Source: Candidatus Algichlamydia australiensis (GTDB lineage Bacteria > Chlamydiota > Chlamydiia > Chlamydiales > JAJFMI01). Taken from it: a stretch of DNA of 64,000 nt. The stretch covers positions 160,001 through 224,000 of the forward strand of contig JAXCHI010000003.1 in NCBI GenBank assembly GCA_033977065.1, written 5' to 3'. A program made the translations under genes and the position numbers. This document shows, in pieces, positions 12,501 through 23,800 of this stretch. The notes under the pieces were generated by a model. It was not told the origin of the DNA. It worked only from the letters and a program-made list of their open reading frames with translations, and searched no databases. How positions within the stretch are numbered: the first letter of the stretch is position 1; every line of letters starts with the position of its first letter.

Positions 12501-14755
12501 GAGAGGTTGCCAAGCCAAGTAGCGGTAACGAAAATGTTACTGAACAGGAGAATTTGGGAAATCCACGTGAAGCTTTAGTAAAGTCGGGTCTTCTCTATTT
12601 GCATAGACGTCTCTCAGATGATCAAATTGAAAATCTAATTGAAATGTGGCGCGAGAAAGCGCGTTCAAAAGCACAAGACAATGGCACGTTTGCTGAAAAT
12701 ACACAAGAGGTAAGACTCTTTAAAGAGTGCTGTGGAGGAGTATTCCATCTCTTCCACTTCTCTGATGCAGATCGCGCGACCATTTATGGAAAAATTCGCG
12801 CAAGTGATCGCGCAACGCTCTACTATTTAACCCACAAAATTGCACCTCAGATTACTTTTTATAAAAAAACCCTTGCTCACAATCCCATGAACTTTGGTTC
12901 CATGACACAGCGTTCATTGGGATATACCGCTACGCAAAAAGGAGGGACTTATCCAAATAAAACTGAGGTTCTTCACGATCCTAAAGAGGATGGGGAGAGC
13001 TTAGATGCATTAGCGCGCGCTGCACAAGAAGTGGGAGGTATCCGCATCTTAGAAGCAAGCAGCCCTCATGCACTGCTAAATGAGGCAGTCGAAATCTTAA
13101 AAAAAGATCCAAGTATTCGCATCTACACAGATCGAGGCGCACACGCTAACGGAATTCCCGACCGAGAGGTAGTGCAAGAGCTTTTGAAATGGACAAAGGG
13201 CGGCGTTGTCTTCTATGAGAAGGGAAGTTCTCTTATCTGGGAAAAAGGAGCAAGCGAGCCAGTCCCTATTAGTCAAGGCACTTCTCCTCTAAAAGATCGC
13301 CTGACCTATTTTTCGCAGCCACAAACGTTTGCTGCTGATGTAAAACAAACCCCTGGAACAAAAGCCATCTTAACCATTTCCGAAGAGACGACTCTCAGTG
13401 AGCTTGTGCAGGCGTTTGGACGCAACCGAAATGGAAAGAACATCTTTGTCATGACCAAAGACGTACGCGATCGCATGACGAAAAATCAGATCCCCTCCAT
13501 TCGTGAAATCATTCGCTATGTCACAAGAAATGAGGCAGAAGAGGCTCTCGAGAGTAATTTTCAAGCGGATATTTTAAAAATGCAAGATCTCTTGCGTAGT
13601 AGAGTGCTAAATAAGATGCGCACGACAATGACCGATTGGCAAGCCCTGCGAATTCTTAAGCAAAACAAAAGCGTCTTCTTAAAAAGCGAAGAGAGCGATC
13701 CATGGAAGCTCTATGGTCAGATACGTAGAACTACTTCTCCTGCCAACTTCTTTAATGAGTTGCGCCATCAGGTGTTAAGCGATGCAAAAGAGACAGCTCT
13801 TTTCTCTGATGAAGAGATCTCTGCAATTGATACTGAATTAAGAGGACTTGGGCGTGGTACTTATCCAAAAGAGATTTATAGTTATCACGATCAAAGTGGA
13901 CGCATTACTGCTCATCTTAGAGATTTAGGCAGCACTGTTGAAGTCCAAGAGCAACAAGAGCAATCACAACAGCACCAATTGCGCGTTGCTGTGAACGTTA
14001 ACGAGCAACAAAAACGTGTGGAAGTTCCACGTCAGAAGCAGCCATCCTCTCCATGGCCAAGCTGGGTGACTCCTCTAAACCTTGAGAGTTGGTTTAAAGT
14101 CTCTTCCGCCCCAATATTTGGAGCCCCTCCAGTTCAAAAGAGCTTCGGATCACAAGTTCTCGGGATGATAGCAAACGCCCCCGTGCCCAATATCTACTCA
14201 CTTAAAGATGTGCTCATAAAATCGGGGAATCGCCACGCAAAAAAAGTAGCAGAAGATCTAAGCCCTTTCATCTACTCCACAAACAATATAACGCCGTTGG
14301 GTGATAGTGGAAGGAAAGAGGTGCAGCCTTTTGGTCCGTATCAAATTCCCCCTGGGGAGCTTCTTTTAATCCAAAAAGAGGGCGATGATCCACGACTGCT
14401 GCTTGTAGATCAAGATGAGGCGCAGTTTTGGCGTAAGCAGATACGAGAAAATCGAGACACAGAGACCAAATTCTCGCTTGTCAACATAGCAAATGGAGCC
14501 ATTCTTGTAGGAAGTGCGCTTGATGACCCAAGAATTTACACAGCGCTTATGCAACTGCGCTTTCTTCGTGGAGATACACACTTCCCCCTAGATGAGCCTG
14601 ACTCCTTAGAGCAGTGGGTTAAGAGGAACCCGCGTGAGAAGGAGCGCTTCTTCAAGTTTGTCCATGGCTTCCATGGAAAAAACCCTCTTGAAGGGAGCTT
14701 GTTGGAGGCAATCTTTGAAGGAATAAGTAAGCCTTCACCTCCCCTACGTGCATAA
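3536..14755 (+). CDS. Giant 3739-aa protein with a DUF3638-like SF2 helicase/ATPase module, putative effector
   Basis: Long ORF with PGSGKTS, FDEAH, GYTAT, YTDRGA and LVQAFGRNR motifs and an E/Q-rich tail. Co-linear paralog of the next gene. Confidence 0.85.
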   Translation: MVAINLKNCLNTAKKVPQLPKAVKTFVEEEVRSASRYFNPKRHEGVDKVFQTAKKAFSFLPIFPKGRAIFFGEGRVSKCLEKIHSALSSKLSIPASRDVEDSTGVASLREQSHLRKTHHKLPVDRKTFSAFYGSRVEKMRAPFAQAVDMLKNFLEGKRDGAFFAERAASLLQAKNSETEFVTYAKRVEGNEAQNTFVLENARLLHQQVAALDKNSTPIFHFGSVAYAKKTTSELLSSITGVDKASKEQKQFLEGDLHVLAHELTRKFLDPIEKEVKQPSERLEKLAEDLQAKMPRFLDGIPSATRDLFLNVLRKRLFGRPAPDGVAKLCDTFCDELMKNGLEETLEEYILATLSNSREFVDQHFNDFRYFLSHHLNAPLKELIAESSLHLESDKRFWMEINKQEDGAYTLRLYTNDRDGIAHPLNHLESGIHYPLIFSGIPAEKMSSEFFEQLIAFQTYDLWDKERTITLDDLYTYLTLHLGKEAEPSNPSTTLPNSAVDGDNAIDWLQNYVHHHCLGNEEDFSLLFEYQMPLEFLQNLWTKIKEEPKQLKESSLRRELKGVVERLTNVGLNLHEKGKISDGELTALFGTILDVNEALKTEKKAKSEAYEVRRSNIIPEDLQHVLAYIMDKTGLSASSLEGVRTLLMSLLGEDFGSDFDALVEEFLFDFNRTKSTEKEYESSFSYAAWRKTFSGLNDRVNVADLALMTTFRAAVCILTVLAYSQKAYLFQWLVNSCLSSLTGKISFKVALLIVTFGPSVCQELLPKELHEPLIAAYDLFFEVYTYLRNRILLTGLRAAFHGILALKLHPKLSEEGLETAKKYLRKGVSHVSHGVEVSYDLDVEKSSKPFSVPLPTEQAFQTEESSPPATWDLPRPKKIQLNPQNLVGHLEGIVSNLDQIEKEGSYQRDVQTRRREALAYIHGAILNLPLPGRGEGGIWKEIQHPHLALNHVERILDKFTHLVSAQKHTHDGATENIISLHTLFAITAELAKQTSDSALDQDFVPNAHLFEEWLSSPALTISNQPLLARAKELELFFSKDKQEGQALFNFLKDAEKNPYIKQNLEFFQTYVDPGKVIHTADLLIMNPNLGEMQTLIEKFGRGPKTAGLQALDSTLVEMLNLTEQFEEVKEEIGRRKQAIERALSTHCNEHDLQKRLLPLGLSLLQKIQESARSYTHFDHDKQKIDKRSSDVAIYPFSLALEKVQEAGDGAVNSVDDDHLKKVVDWLARGIKGAARYFGTAYKITGTLPDHSELLDTERGLANRFTGVSFDLQSIHDSHERNSQFGLQVAEMLVKAKTLSQAEIMQDDSSFDTLSREEKFLLAMAARHSSDQIVRCMDFFTSGRGRLSQQRYRTLFETLMNNESAIKAALEDEPAMIEVVGAFFDEAIQHFLENDDYATALFLAKTGFDHLVHSSFYAENAKAHFPNFRAIIREQILPNFRAQATLKPIGLMEDGFVGSLLYLTSLYSNLIPDSSEKEVLLDLARLHFARTPMAWKELESEASAKPLRTLYMWEPLIHDAIQNDSVFRNTLLDTLVADRGGEVTNGPWEGDFPRYTKGAQTLSLVPQEFAKNGITTSIAHAKVSKWVGEKLGPCREISDGTFIFSNSDVEAKFLGKNGWLITRKLDGKNFRLITNTRGLPDFVSQDPNSALWIEQKSLEPIIYCMKEGKVVTTHHAKVVNDDLENPTLEITKTSPLSLDQAKFSGLAPLHWFQSSKDTRVETEGEKVKKIAFPKMGLTFEVDKSDHAISTDGSTPGFWIAKQQKVSSLVPFANTLLLENERGEKKAHIIANNFKELFASYLVTKSLMFNRDGLYKLGNLITLFLLDLGADAPSSSSVVPLAISENIKKLLEEAKFFDAESRKMYTYDLDEKGQLQSQEPCAIAYLALFYVVNGQLDQLFPIVKQLDLLSHTSSFPEELFPLLDTIVLFLSLRKGKKATELLLKLTAMREANSVLHQEEIPAANRGNRLLWLIVQSNYKSYLESKESSLNEFEELYILNSISRQNREFSHTNTALNSELEQFGLGNFVESMAMLPSLARRYQVLRAQFEQGSTWRLKAEKLIVNTLFGEGHPKLVSSDGKVAPISTFRKISQAFHQLFRFARNNCKDYIEIEKDLRAAIHFDTTVLDPNDFEYFTSLHLSPSNFTKSFLKEHFFILYHLACNELPEGWRGNREREQLFANKIAELHRAMSLTVGRFKDPESRAIWLTLQTAVEQTPLHSLLGSSLAYLLSMKQRPIATGTKTVVAAYNSSATALLLEKLQEMPLPAATKDFIESLKSSVPSSAEALLHSLSDKGLRPASIAFLRSLKKLPLAHETLQFIASLEKIPLPTTQFTTLPKATELKSKRDQGSTNLDYDFLMIELGKVVKCYLIEQAGKASLHTVTGYKVLDSKLDALKAAGVATLGTTFSGLKVLNQVGMNIGLLKAQLVTYFTITRTAAALNAVVDPVAEPTPQASSRQLSKETISQMNQRERAISNLLSQISEEYFDKENIPATAEEHLQPFDEDDEASVKEAFERLNESLHAFYSKHQPDGTRYHLKKKKYAVDLMRSLHTLQGELSTHLAKERAAIVEFVNHVHIDSLDPIEKLVADTQKTREERDLTFEDISMLFAQENDAKLLKISHMQEEDLSEMKRRLYLYHLSASRWQFLFDRIGELSEKPTAEELDQIGQELNRERTYKFNNSSERVVRGMLLFESKDNVLLRGPQARQLERVLRSEHRRVVTGSKPGSGKTSIKMVEAAKNKADGEHLVLNIWPKETAEENTKVTAEKFNKIYNQKTSAFTITRSSFKTVESLIHFFNYLRSAASSGREPINMTKESLQALELNMLEAGLNEEKEKFSIYRRILHLIHEKGFANFDEAHSAYNPNKKLIYPFGPPSTLPKNEIGLITEILGHYATISQRVALPKKLSLEEYKKRFLPSLARTVAARSSWDFTSEEQSELVKYFTEEAEEIPGFITQSPYRGEVAAAKGVITSILSHSLNKIPNVDFGRSKEGNGEVAKPSSGNENVTEQENLGNPREALVKSGLLYLHRRLSDDQIENLIEMWREKARSKAQDNGTFAENTQEVRLFKECCGGVFHLFHFSDADRATIYGKIRASDRATLYYLTHKIAPQITFYKKTLAHNPMNFGSMTQRSLGYTATQKGGTYPNKTEVLHDPKEDGESLDALARAAQEVGGIRILEASSPHALLNEAVEILKKDPSIRIYTDRGAHANGIPDREVVQELLKWTKGGVVFYEKGSSLIWEKGASEPVPISQGTSPLKDRLTYFSQPQTFAADVKQTPGTKAILTISEETTLSELVQAFGRNRNGKNIFVMTKDVRDRMTKNQIPSIREIIRYVTRNEAEEALESNFQADILKMQDLLRSRVLNKMRTTMTDWQALRILKQNKSVFLKSEESDPWKLYGQIRRTTSPANFFNELRHQVLSDAKETALFSDEEISAIDTELRGLGRGTYPKEIYSYHDQSGRITAHLRDLGSTVEVQEQQEQSQQHQLRVAVNVNEQQKRVEVPRQKQPSSPWPSWVTPLNLESWFKVSSAPIFGAPPVQKSFGSQVLGMIANAPVPNIYSLKDVLIKSGNRHAKKVAEDLSPFIYSTNNITPLGDSGRKEVQPFGPYQIPPGELLLIQKEGDDPRLLLVDQDEAQFWRKQIRENRDTETKFSLVNIANGAILVGSALDDPRIYTALMQLRFLRGDTHFPLDEPDSLEQWVKRNPREKERFFKFVHGFHGKNPLEGSLLEAIFEGISKPSPPLRA

Positions 14756-14790
14756 ATATTAAATTTTAAATTTACACTATGAAGATTAGA

Positions 14791-14833
14791 TTGAAATTCT
14801 TGCAATTTTGTGCTAAGATAGGTGCACAAAATT
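14791..14833 (+). promoter_or_regulatory. Sigma66/70-type promoter with an inverted repeat bracketing the -10 box
   Basis: TTGAAA(14791)-17 bp-TAAGAT(14814) with an upstream TG. Inverted repeat AATTTTGTGC (14804-14813) / GCACAAAATT (14824-14833). Confidence 0.6.
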
Positions 14834-14845
14834 TAAACTCTGCTC

Positions 14846-17800
14846 ATGTTTAATACGATCATTCGAAATAGCTGGGATTCTTTGCAAGCATTTGGTAAAC
14901 AAGAGTTTACGCAAGCAAAGCGCACATTCTCTGTCAGCCCGGCATTGAATACGCTCCGCTCGATTTTTAACCGCGCTATTTCCTTCCTCCCCCATTTTAC
15001 AAAGGAGGCGGCATCTCACGAAACAGAAACTGAAAAAGATCCAGAACTTGCCGCATTTATAAAAGAGATCAAAGAAGCCCTCTACTCAAATTTTTCTATT
15101 CCTGATCTGCCGCGACACTCTTCGACACAAACCCGTATTAACTCGATTAAGGAAAAATCTTATCTAAGGCAAAAACACGATGCAATCAAAGTTGATCGCG
15201 AAGTACTCTCTGCATTTTTTGGTCATACACTTCAGCACCAAAAAAGTCCCTTTAATGCCGCGTTAACTTTTCTATCAGAATTTACAAACAAAAAAAAAGG
15301 GCAAAACCCTCTTAATTCAAATATTACCTCAGCTATTCGTAATGCCAAAGAGAGCGAACTCGAATTTACTGAAGAGATCAGAAATGATTCTATAAAAAAT
15401 GAGGAACAGAAAAGGCAGAGACTTTTGCGAAAAGCGCAGGATTTAGCTGACCTGATGCCCCTTCTTGAACAAGAAAGTCCATTTTTTATCTTCGGAAAAA
15501 CATCCCAAGAGGCAGCCTTCCAATCAACTCCTCTTACTGAGTATCTTTTCAAAGACATGCTTCCCGAAGAGTACCAAGATCTCTTAAAAAATGATGGTAA
15601 AGGCCTCTCTGAGAAAATCCAAGCTAAGATCTTAGAGGCGGTTATTTATCCAGAAGAGGGGGAAACTTCTTCCGACTCCCCTATTGCGCAGCTGAACCAA
15701 TACTACCAGACGATTATTACAAGAATTCAAGGCCCTATTACGGCAATCTTTCCGAAGAAATTATCTCAAACAATTATTGAGAAGACAAGTGAAAGTCTGC
15801 GAAGACGTATTTTTGGCAAATCATCTCAGGAAAGTGACAGAGTTTTGGCTGAGAAAGTATGGGCAGAGTTGCAAAACAACGGTCTTGAACAGACTCTTAA
15901 CCACCTTTTGCACGATGCTCTTGTAGAATCTCAAAGTCTAGTCATGGAGCATATCCAAGATATTGCGGAATCGTTTGTTCAAAAAATGGGCAAACCGATG
16001 ATGCAGGGGCTCTCCTCTTTCGGGATCAACCTGCAGCCTGATGAGAAGTATTGGATTGAGATTCAAAAGGGTAAAAATGGCAAATTTAACTTAATCCTCT
16101 ACTCAAACGATTTGGGGTCAAGTGTCCATCCCATGATTAAGAGTGGCAATAAAAAGGGATACCATCTTCCTCTTGTCTTTTCAAACATTGAAATTGGGAA
16201 CTTAAGTCAAAAATTTTTCTATCAACTGCTCGCATTTGAGGCGAGTCCTGCGTGGGGACAGGGAGTTTCATACACTTTAGCAGATCTTCATCAACACCTC
16301 CTTAATCATCTTGGCAGTCCTGATTCGGCAAGTAGTAATACGATTATTACCGATTCCCTCCGACCAACTGATCGTCCTGCTGATTTGTTAAATATTTATC
16401 TCCACTATCACTCCATCAAAGCGTCTCGTAATGATCAGATAAAAATGTCTCGTGATGAGTACACAAAACGCTACCAATACGAAATGCCTCTTAGCATTTT
16501 ACAAAACTACTGGCAAGAGGTAAAAAAAGATCAAAAGGTGCTGAAAAAGTTTACAGTCCGCACAGAGATAAAACGTCTTCTAAAAAAGCTTACCAGGTCT
16601 GCCCTTTCTCTTAATCATTTGAGAAAAGTCTCCGATGAGGAGTTAACTTCTCTTTACGGTACAGTCTTAGAGGTACAAGAAGCCTTTGATGCTACTGCAG
16701 AGAAAAAAGACCCTTACCCCACAAAGCCCTCCCTTGTTGTTCCCGAGCAGATGCAAGGCCCCATTGCTGAACTGATGAACAAAAGAGGTTTTACTCTCTC
16801 CCATGTAGAAGGCATTCGCTCGACACTTGTCGGAATTCTGGGAGATGAAATAGGAGGAGTCTTTGACTCTGTCTGCGATGAAGTCCTTCCTGAGCTTGCA
16901 CAAGATTCTGGCATTCAGATTAAAGGCCTTAAAAACTTTTCCTACGCCTCGTTGCGCAAAATTCGTGAAAATCTTGATTACACAGATTGGGATATTCTCA
17001 CCCCGTTCTTTGGCCTTGCCAAAACTCTCTCACTTCTTCTCACCTACACTTCTGTCAAACTGCAAGAGAGTCTCTTGGAAAAAATGTTGCTTAAATTTTT
17101 CCCCAAGCTAGCGGTCTACACTACCTTTACCAACCGCCACTTGGCGATGCTCCTCATCTACTTCGGTCCCTCCTTCTGCAAAGCCTACCTTCCTAAAGAT
17201 CTCTATGAAGGAGTCTTTGCTCTCTACGAGCTCTGCATTGAAATCTCTACCTATATCAAACGCCGTATCTACTTTTTGCTCATCCGCAGTTTTTTAAAAT
17301 ACGCACTCGGTAAAGAGAGAGTGGAGCAGGTCCACCGTGTTGCGGAAAAGTTATCTCAGCAGGTCACGCGCGAAGGAGAGCTCTCTTTTGACTTTCCCGA
17401 CGATGCTGCAACAAAAAAAGAATTTACAATCATTAAGCCACAACCAGTAGAGATCTCTTCGGAATCAACCCTTGAGGTAGCAGAAGCCCCAGAGTCAAGA
17501 GAACAAATCAATACTAGTAAACTTCCAAGACTTCGAGCCAATTCCTTTTCACAAGCTTTCCTTGATGCTTTCTCTAACAAAGCTTTTCTTAATTGTTACG
17601 AAGTTGACGCCTTCTGTCTTCGTTATTTTGTAAGAAAGGCAGAAGGCATTCAAAGTGAAGAGGTTGATCTAGAAGAAATTACAAATACTTCGCAACTACC
17701 GAGATTCCAAACTGATTTTTTTCCACTCGTTCTGGAGCTTTTACATCCTGGACGCCTTTTGTCATACCCCCGTAATTATTCACCTATCGACACTATTTTA

Positions 17801-20800
17801 GTAGAGCACCTTGATTATACTCGAACTGCCATTGAAGAACTTGAAAAAGATCAAGGACTGGGGCGTAGCAAAAAAAGACGCAAAGAGGAAGCTCTTTGGT
17901 ATCTTCATGAGTTTGCGCGTGCCCTTCCAGCTGGAGGTTTCCTCTGGAAAAATGTGAATTATCCTACCCTAGTCTTAGAGCGATTCCATACGATTCTCAG
18001 CCAATTCTCTAGACTTGTTCATGAAAAAGAGAACCTCACTCCAGAAGAGATTGCCGAAAATGTTGCCACGCATTACACCTTATATGCTGCAATTTTAGAA
18101 GTGGCAAAACTGGATCCACAATCCGGCTTAGGAAATCAGCTTCCGCCAACTGATCACTTGGGATACTTTCTACATAGCCCGGCATTGAAAATCTCAAACA
18201 AAAAAACCTATACTCAACTAATGCGGGTTGCTACCTATTTTGGTTGGGATCTAGATACACCCTACAAAGGTTACGATTTTGAAAAAGACCCTGAACGAAA
18301 AGAGTACGAAGGTAAAGATCTTACTTACAAGGGAGCTTCTTCGTGGTCGTGGGAATCATTTAATATAAGCCTACTCCCAGAGCTAGGAAGGCCTGTAGAA
18401 GGAAGCGCGGAAGAGAGTGTGGCAAAAAAAATTGCACTTTTTTCTCAGACTTTTCCTCTCTTCAGTAGGGAACAAATTTTAGAATCAGACCCTCCCTTAG
18501 AGCAATCTCTCCATTTACTAAAAAAGAAGCTACTGAAAGAGGAGAGAGTCGATCAGGTAAGCGATCTTTCTCAAAAGAAAAAAGATCAAATTGAAACCTT
18601 TAAGTGCCTCATGGAAGAGCACTCGGATAAAATGGATCCACGTAAAGGTATTCTTTCTCGCTCATTCTATGTAGCAAGGTTTGCTCACAAACTCTCTTTT
18701 GAAATCACTTCTTGGAGCCTACCTTCTAACGAGAGCTTTCATAAAAATGCTCATACCCTGGGGATGTATTCAGAAATTCACTATCCTTCGGTGACCCCCC
18801 AAAAAACTTTATGGGGGCGCACGATTGGTTCACTATTTTCAGGTGAAAAAGTGACAATTGGGATTTCCAACTTCAAAAGTAGCGGCAGCTCTGCTCATAA
18901 AAATAGCATTGGGTTAAGACTTCACAGTAACTCATCAGATGAGAGCTTAGCTATCGCGCGACACTCTCTTGCATTCCCTACCACAAAGTCGCAAAGCGAA
19001 CTCGTTTTTCATCCTACTGTCACTCTAGACAATGAAAATGAGAAAAAGGAAATTAAGAGAGATGAAGCTCAAGACCTTACAAGAGAAGAGACTTTTTTGA
19101 TCGAGATGATCAATCTCGATCCTTCCGATCAAATGATTCGTGCCATCAGCTATTTCGGTCTTGCTCTTCACCGCCTTGCAAAGCCTGAAAATCGCACTCT
19201 ACTTCGTCTCTATTTGCTCGATTTTAAAGCGGTAAATAAACAGCTAAGGCAAAGACGTGAAATCATTCAAGATTTAGGAGAATTTTTCCAAAAAAGTTGC
19301 GATTACTTTCTGCAGTTTGAAGATTTAGATGCTTTTTTAGAGATGTCAGAAATAGGTAGGGATTTATTCATGCACTGCGAGCGATTTGATCCCGATGTCG
19401 CTAAGTATTTTCCCGACTTCAAGAAGTTGATTCGAGAAAATAGAAAAGATCTTTGTAAATCTTATCCCTTTTTAATCAAACACTACTCAAATACAGAGCC
19501 CGATAGTGGAAATGATGAGGCAATGCTTGATATTGCACGAATTTTCTACTCCAATATTTGGGATCAGCCCATCGACCTTAAGTCAAATGTTCCCTACTTA
19601 TGGGAACCTCTGATCGTAGAAAAACTCCAGTCAAATCAAGAGTTCCGCAATCAGGTTTGTAAAGGGATTTTAGAAGATAGGGGTCAAGCCTCCCCTTCTG
19701 GAAATTGGGTGGGAGCATTTCCGAACTTCCGAAATGGTCAACATCAAATCACTTTAAAGGGAGTAGAACAACCAAGAGAAGTTGATCCCAAGACCCAAAT
19801 ACTGAATAGATTAAAAGTAGAATTGCATGAAGACTTAGGGAAATACCAGCAACAAAATCCCTCACGCTATGTTTTCCCAGAAAGCGGTATCACAGTAGAA
19901 TTTCAATCGGACCAGGAGCCTACTCTCACACGTAAAATAGATGGAAAAACCTTTCGATTTTTAAAGAATTACAAAAGAGATAGTTTTCCTTTTCTTCTCT
20001 CGACAGATAGCACGCTTTGGATAGAAGAGAAGACAGAGACTCCAATCATTCATGAAATGCGTAAGGGAGAAGCTGTCTCTACATTCCAAGCCAAAGAAGT
20101 TGAGGATGGACCCAATAGACGTGTGCTTGAAATCAAAAGTAGCAGTGAATACTCCCAGCATCTTACCGATCACGATCATAACCTCACTCTTTTAAGCGGG
20201 TTCCAACCTTTAGATAGCATTGAAATTTCTATAGAAGAGAGGAATCAGAAGAAGAGGATGAAACGTATTCGCTTCTCAAACCTTGGTCTCTCATTTGCCA
20301 TTAGAAATGGCCAAGCCTTTTCTGACGATGGAGCCACACCTGGATTCTCCATCAGCAAAAGACAGAAGCATCCCGCACTGCGGTCTCTGCCCAACTATCT
20401 TCTTCTTGAAAGCAGCGAAAACAAAAAAAAGGTTCATCTTACCCCCCTCCACATAGGCGAACTTACTGGCACCTACTTTCTTAAAAACATTGGAAAGATT
20501 CCCACTTCACCATTTGTAAAAAAACTTCTTATGGGTCTTGTAGAGAGCCCAATCAAAGAAGAGCGCAAATATTTAACTTACAATTTGGATGAAAATGGGA
20601 AGTTAGTTGGGACAGACGCTTACGCCATTACCTACCTGATCCTCTTCTATTTAGCGGATGGCAAATCAGAAAAAGCACTTGAGCAATTTGAAAAGTTAGA
20701 GATGATGGGGCGTATCACCCCTTTTCCTGCAGATCTCTTCACTTTAATTGACACCCTTACCTTTCTTCTGACCTTCTCAAAAGAAGAGAGGCTTAAAACC

Positions 20801-23800
20801 CTCCTTCTTAAAGTCGCTGCGCTGCGACAAGAGAATATCCTTCTACAACCGCACTCTTCCCCGATAGAAAAGAGCCCTTTTGAACCTTTTCGCTGGCTCA
20901 TCCTGCAAATATTCTATATGAACTATTTGAAAAACCATATAGAGGGCCTAACCGACTTTGATGAGATCTTCCTTCTTAAAGCGATCTCTTCTCAAAGCAA
21001 AGAGATAACAGAAGATCTTCTTAGCAAATTTAAATCCGATTTTTTTGTAATCAATTGGTTAAAAGAGATGGGAAGTAATTTTCTCTCTGAGCATCTCGTA
21101 ATGATTCCTCGTGTTGCTAAACGCTATCACGCCCTGCGGGAAAAACACGGAGAGGGAAGCCTATGGAGCCAACGAGCTGAATCCCTTTTCCTTCACCTCT
21201 TTTTTGGGAAAAAGGCGCCTCAGAGTTTGCAAATCGATTTAGAAGCTGGTACTCGTCTGCCTGAGCTCAAAATTCGAGCCAATCGCATCAATCAACTTTT
21301 TGAGTGCGTAAGAGAGTTTGAACTCAACGCCGCACTCCTTCATGCAAAAGATTCTATAAGTTACGAAACATTAAAGAGTCTTTTTTCAACAAATGATTTC
21401 ACTGATATTCCTATTCTTACTCCACCTTTGCTCACCCCCAATTTTATTAAAAAGAACTTCTTCTATCTCTACCATTTAGCACGCAATCAGCCGCCAAAAG
21501 GCTGGAAAAAAGATCGGGATAAAATGGAAAACTTCGAGGAACAGGTTAAAAGATTTGATGATCTCCTTCCCATGATTGTTGGACGATTTAACGATCCCAT
21601 GACACAAGCGCTCTTCATTATCTTGCAGACTGCCATCCATCGCTACACCGTACGAACACTTCCGAACGCCGAGTTACTACAAAATCTATTTACTCTTACG
21701 CAAGAAACCAAAGAGATAAAAAGTGAACTACTCTCGGTAACTGAAGAGCTTGAAAGTCTTGAGTCTGCCGGTAGCCAATTTTCAGATGAGTGGAGCGCCC
21801 TGTCCCAAAAAGAGAGAGAACTCAAGGACAAACTCAACGAAAGAAAATACGAAGAGAAAGATCCTGAAACTGTATTGAATGAACTTTTAGAAGGAATGCG
21901 CCTTACAACGCAGAATCTTTTTGCTCTTAAATCCATCGGAAAAGTAACCGGTCTTGATCAAGCCCTTTCAGGAAAAGGAGCACTGGAAATTCTAGCAGAG
22001 GTGGCTAAAAAAGCTGCAATGAAACTCTTTGCCAATGACCCTAGTCGTTTAGTGCAAACCGCTTCTCAACTAGGTGTAAATTTGGGGCTATTGGCAAGCA
22101 CTAATGTAAGCCACATCCTTAGAGAGGCATACAATGAAGAAAAAGAGGCGATTAGGAAGAGACTTCTCTTTGAAAAGAGTACTGTAATTGAAAACAAGGA
22201 ACATCCTTCTGCTCAATTAACAGAATCGATGGAGGAGAGAGAGTCTCACATCACTGCACAGCTACAAAAAACTTTTGATGAGTTTTTTGTAGCTGAAGAG
22301 CGATCTACTTCTCCTCCTGTCCAAGCAGAACCCTTTGAAATTTACTCAGATGGTGAAGAGTCCACAAAAGAGGCCTTTCAAGAGTTAAACAAAAGCTTAA
22401 AAGATTACTACGCCCGCCCCCACCTCAAAAAAACCTCTTACCGACTGAAAGAGGGTAAAAGAGAAAATGAACTCTTACACTGCCTAACTCAATTTCAAAA
22501 AGCCGCTTCTGCCCAAGTTGAAAAAGAGTGCGACTATATCACGCGTTACGTAAATGAACAAATACAAGAGGAGCAAATCGATATAAAAGTCGAGCTTGCA
22601 AGAAAGAAGATGAAACCTCAAATGCGTACTCTTACATTTGATGAGATCATCAAATTTTTCATTCAGGGTGAAGATGAAAAACTCTTGGGTAATAGAGGAG
22701 AAGAGATTACGGATGCCAAGAAAGAACAACTTCTTCACATAAAAGAACGTCTTTATCTCTATTTGATTACCACTTCGCGCCTACAATTCTTTTTTAGTAG
22801 ACTAAAAAGCTTTTCCAGCGACTCTCCTGAACTGCAGATACAAAAAATCGGTGAAGAGCTAAAACGCAAACGAGTCTACGGTTTTAAAGACCAGCCAGAA
22901 AGACTCATTCTTGGAAAACTCGCTTTCGAACTTTTCACGCCAACAATGCTTTGGGAAAAACCTGTGTCGCAGATCGATAAGATGCTCTTAAGCTCGCACT
23001 ATCGCCTCGTTCTTCAACTCATTATGGGAAGCGGAAAAACTTTCTACGGGATCCCGATTACCGCTTTCTATGCGGCAGATGGCAAGAACTTAATAACCAA
23101 CATATGGCCAAATGCAACAGTAGACGACCATACAAAAGCGACTGCAGAGCGATCCTACGCAGACTTTGGCCAAAAATCTGCTGCCTTAAATATTACCCGC
23201 AGAACATTTTGGGATAAAGAGTCACTTTCTGCCCTCCGCTATCAACTCTTAAGAGCACAGTCACAGCACGAGTATTTAAACTTAACTAAAGAGAGCGCAC
23301 AAGCCTTAGATCTCTCTCTTATAGAGAAAGGTTTAGAAGCTCTAAAGCTGCGCAAAGCAAATAGACCCGCTAGTAAGACAACAGAAGAGTTTGGGTATCT
23401 GCGTCGCACTCTTGCACTACTTCGTAAAAAGGGAAAAGCTAATTTCGAAGAAGCGCACATCGGTTTTCAAAGAAAAAAAGAGCTTAAATATCCTCTTGGA
23501 CCCTCAACAAAACTGCAAGAAAATTATGTTTCTCTCATATCTCAAATTTTTATGCTTCTTGTTGATGACCCTGAGTTGTTAGCAATCACCAAAATCAAAG
23601 CTCCTAAGCCAATCCCTATTCCAGAAAGTGTGTATAGAAGAGACGTTCTCCCTTCGCTTGCTCAAAAAGTCATAGATTTTTTTGATTGTTGGAAGCTTTC
23701 AGAGGAAGAAAAAGTGATTGTCCTCGACTATATTGAAGGACGGGCAAAAGAGATTCCTGAAGGTATTTTAAGCAACTCCCATTATAAAAAAGAGATTGAC

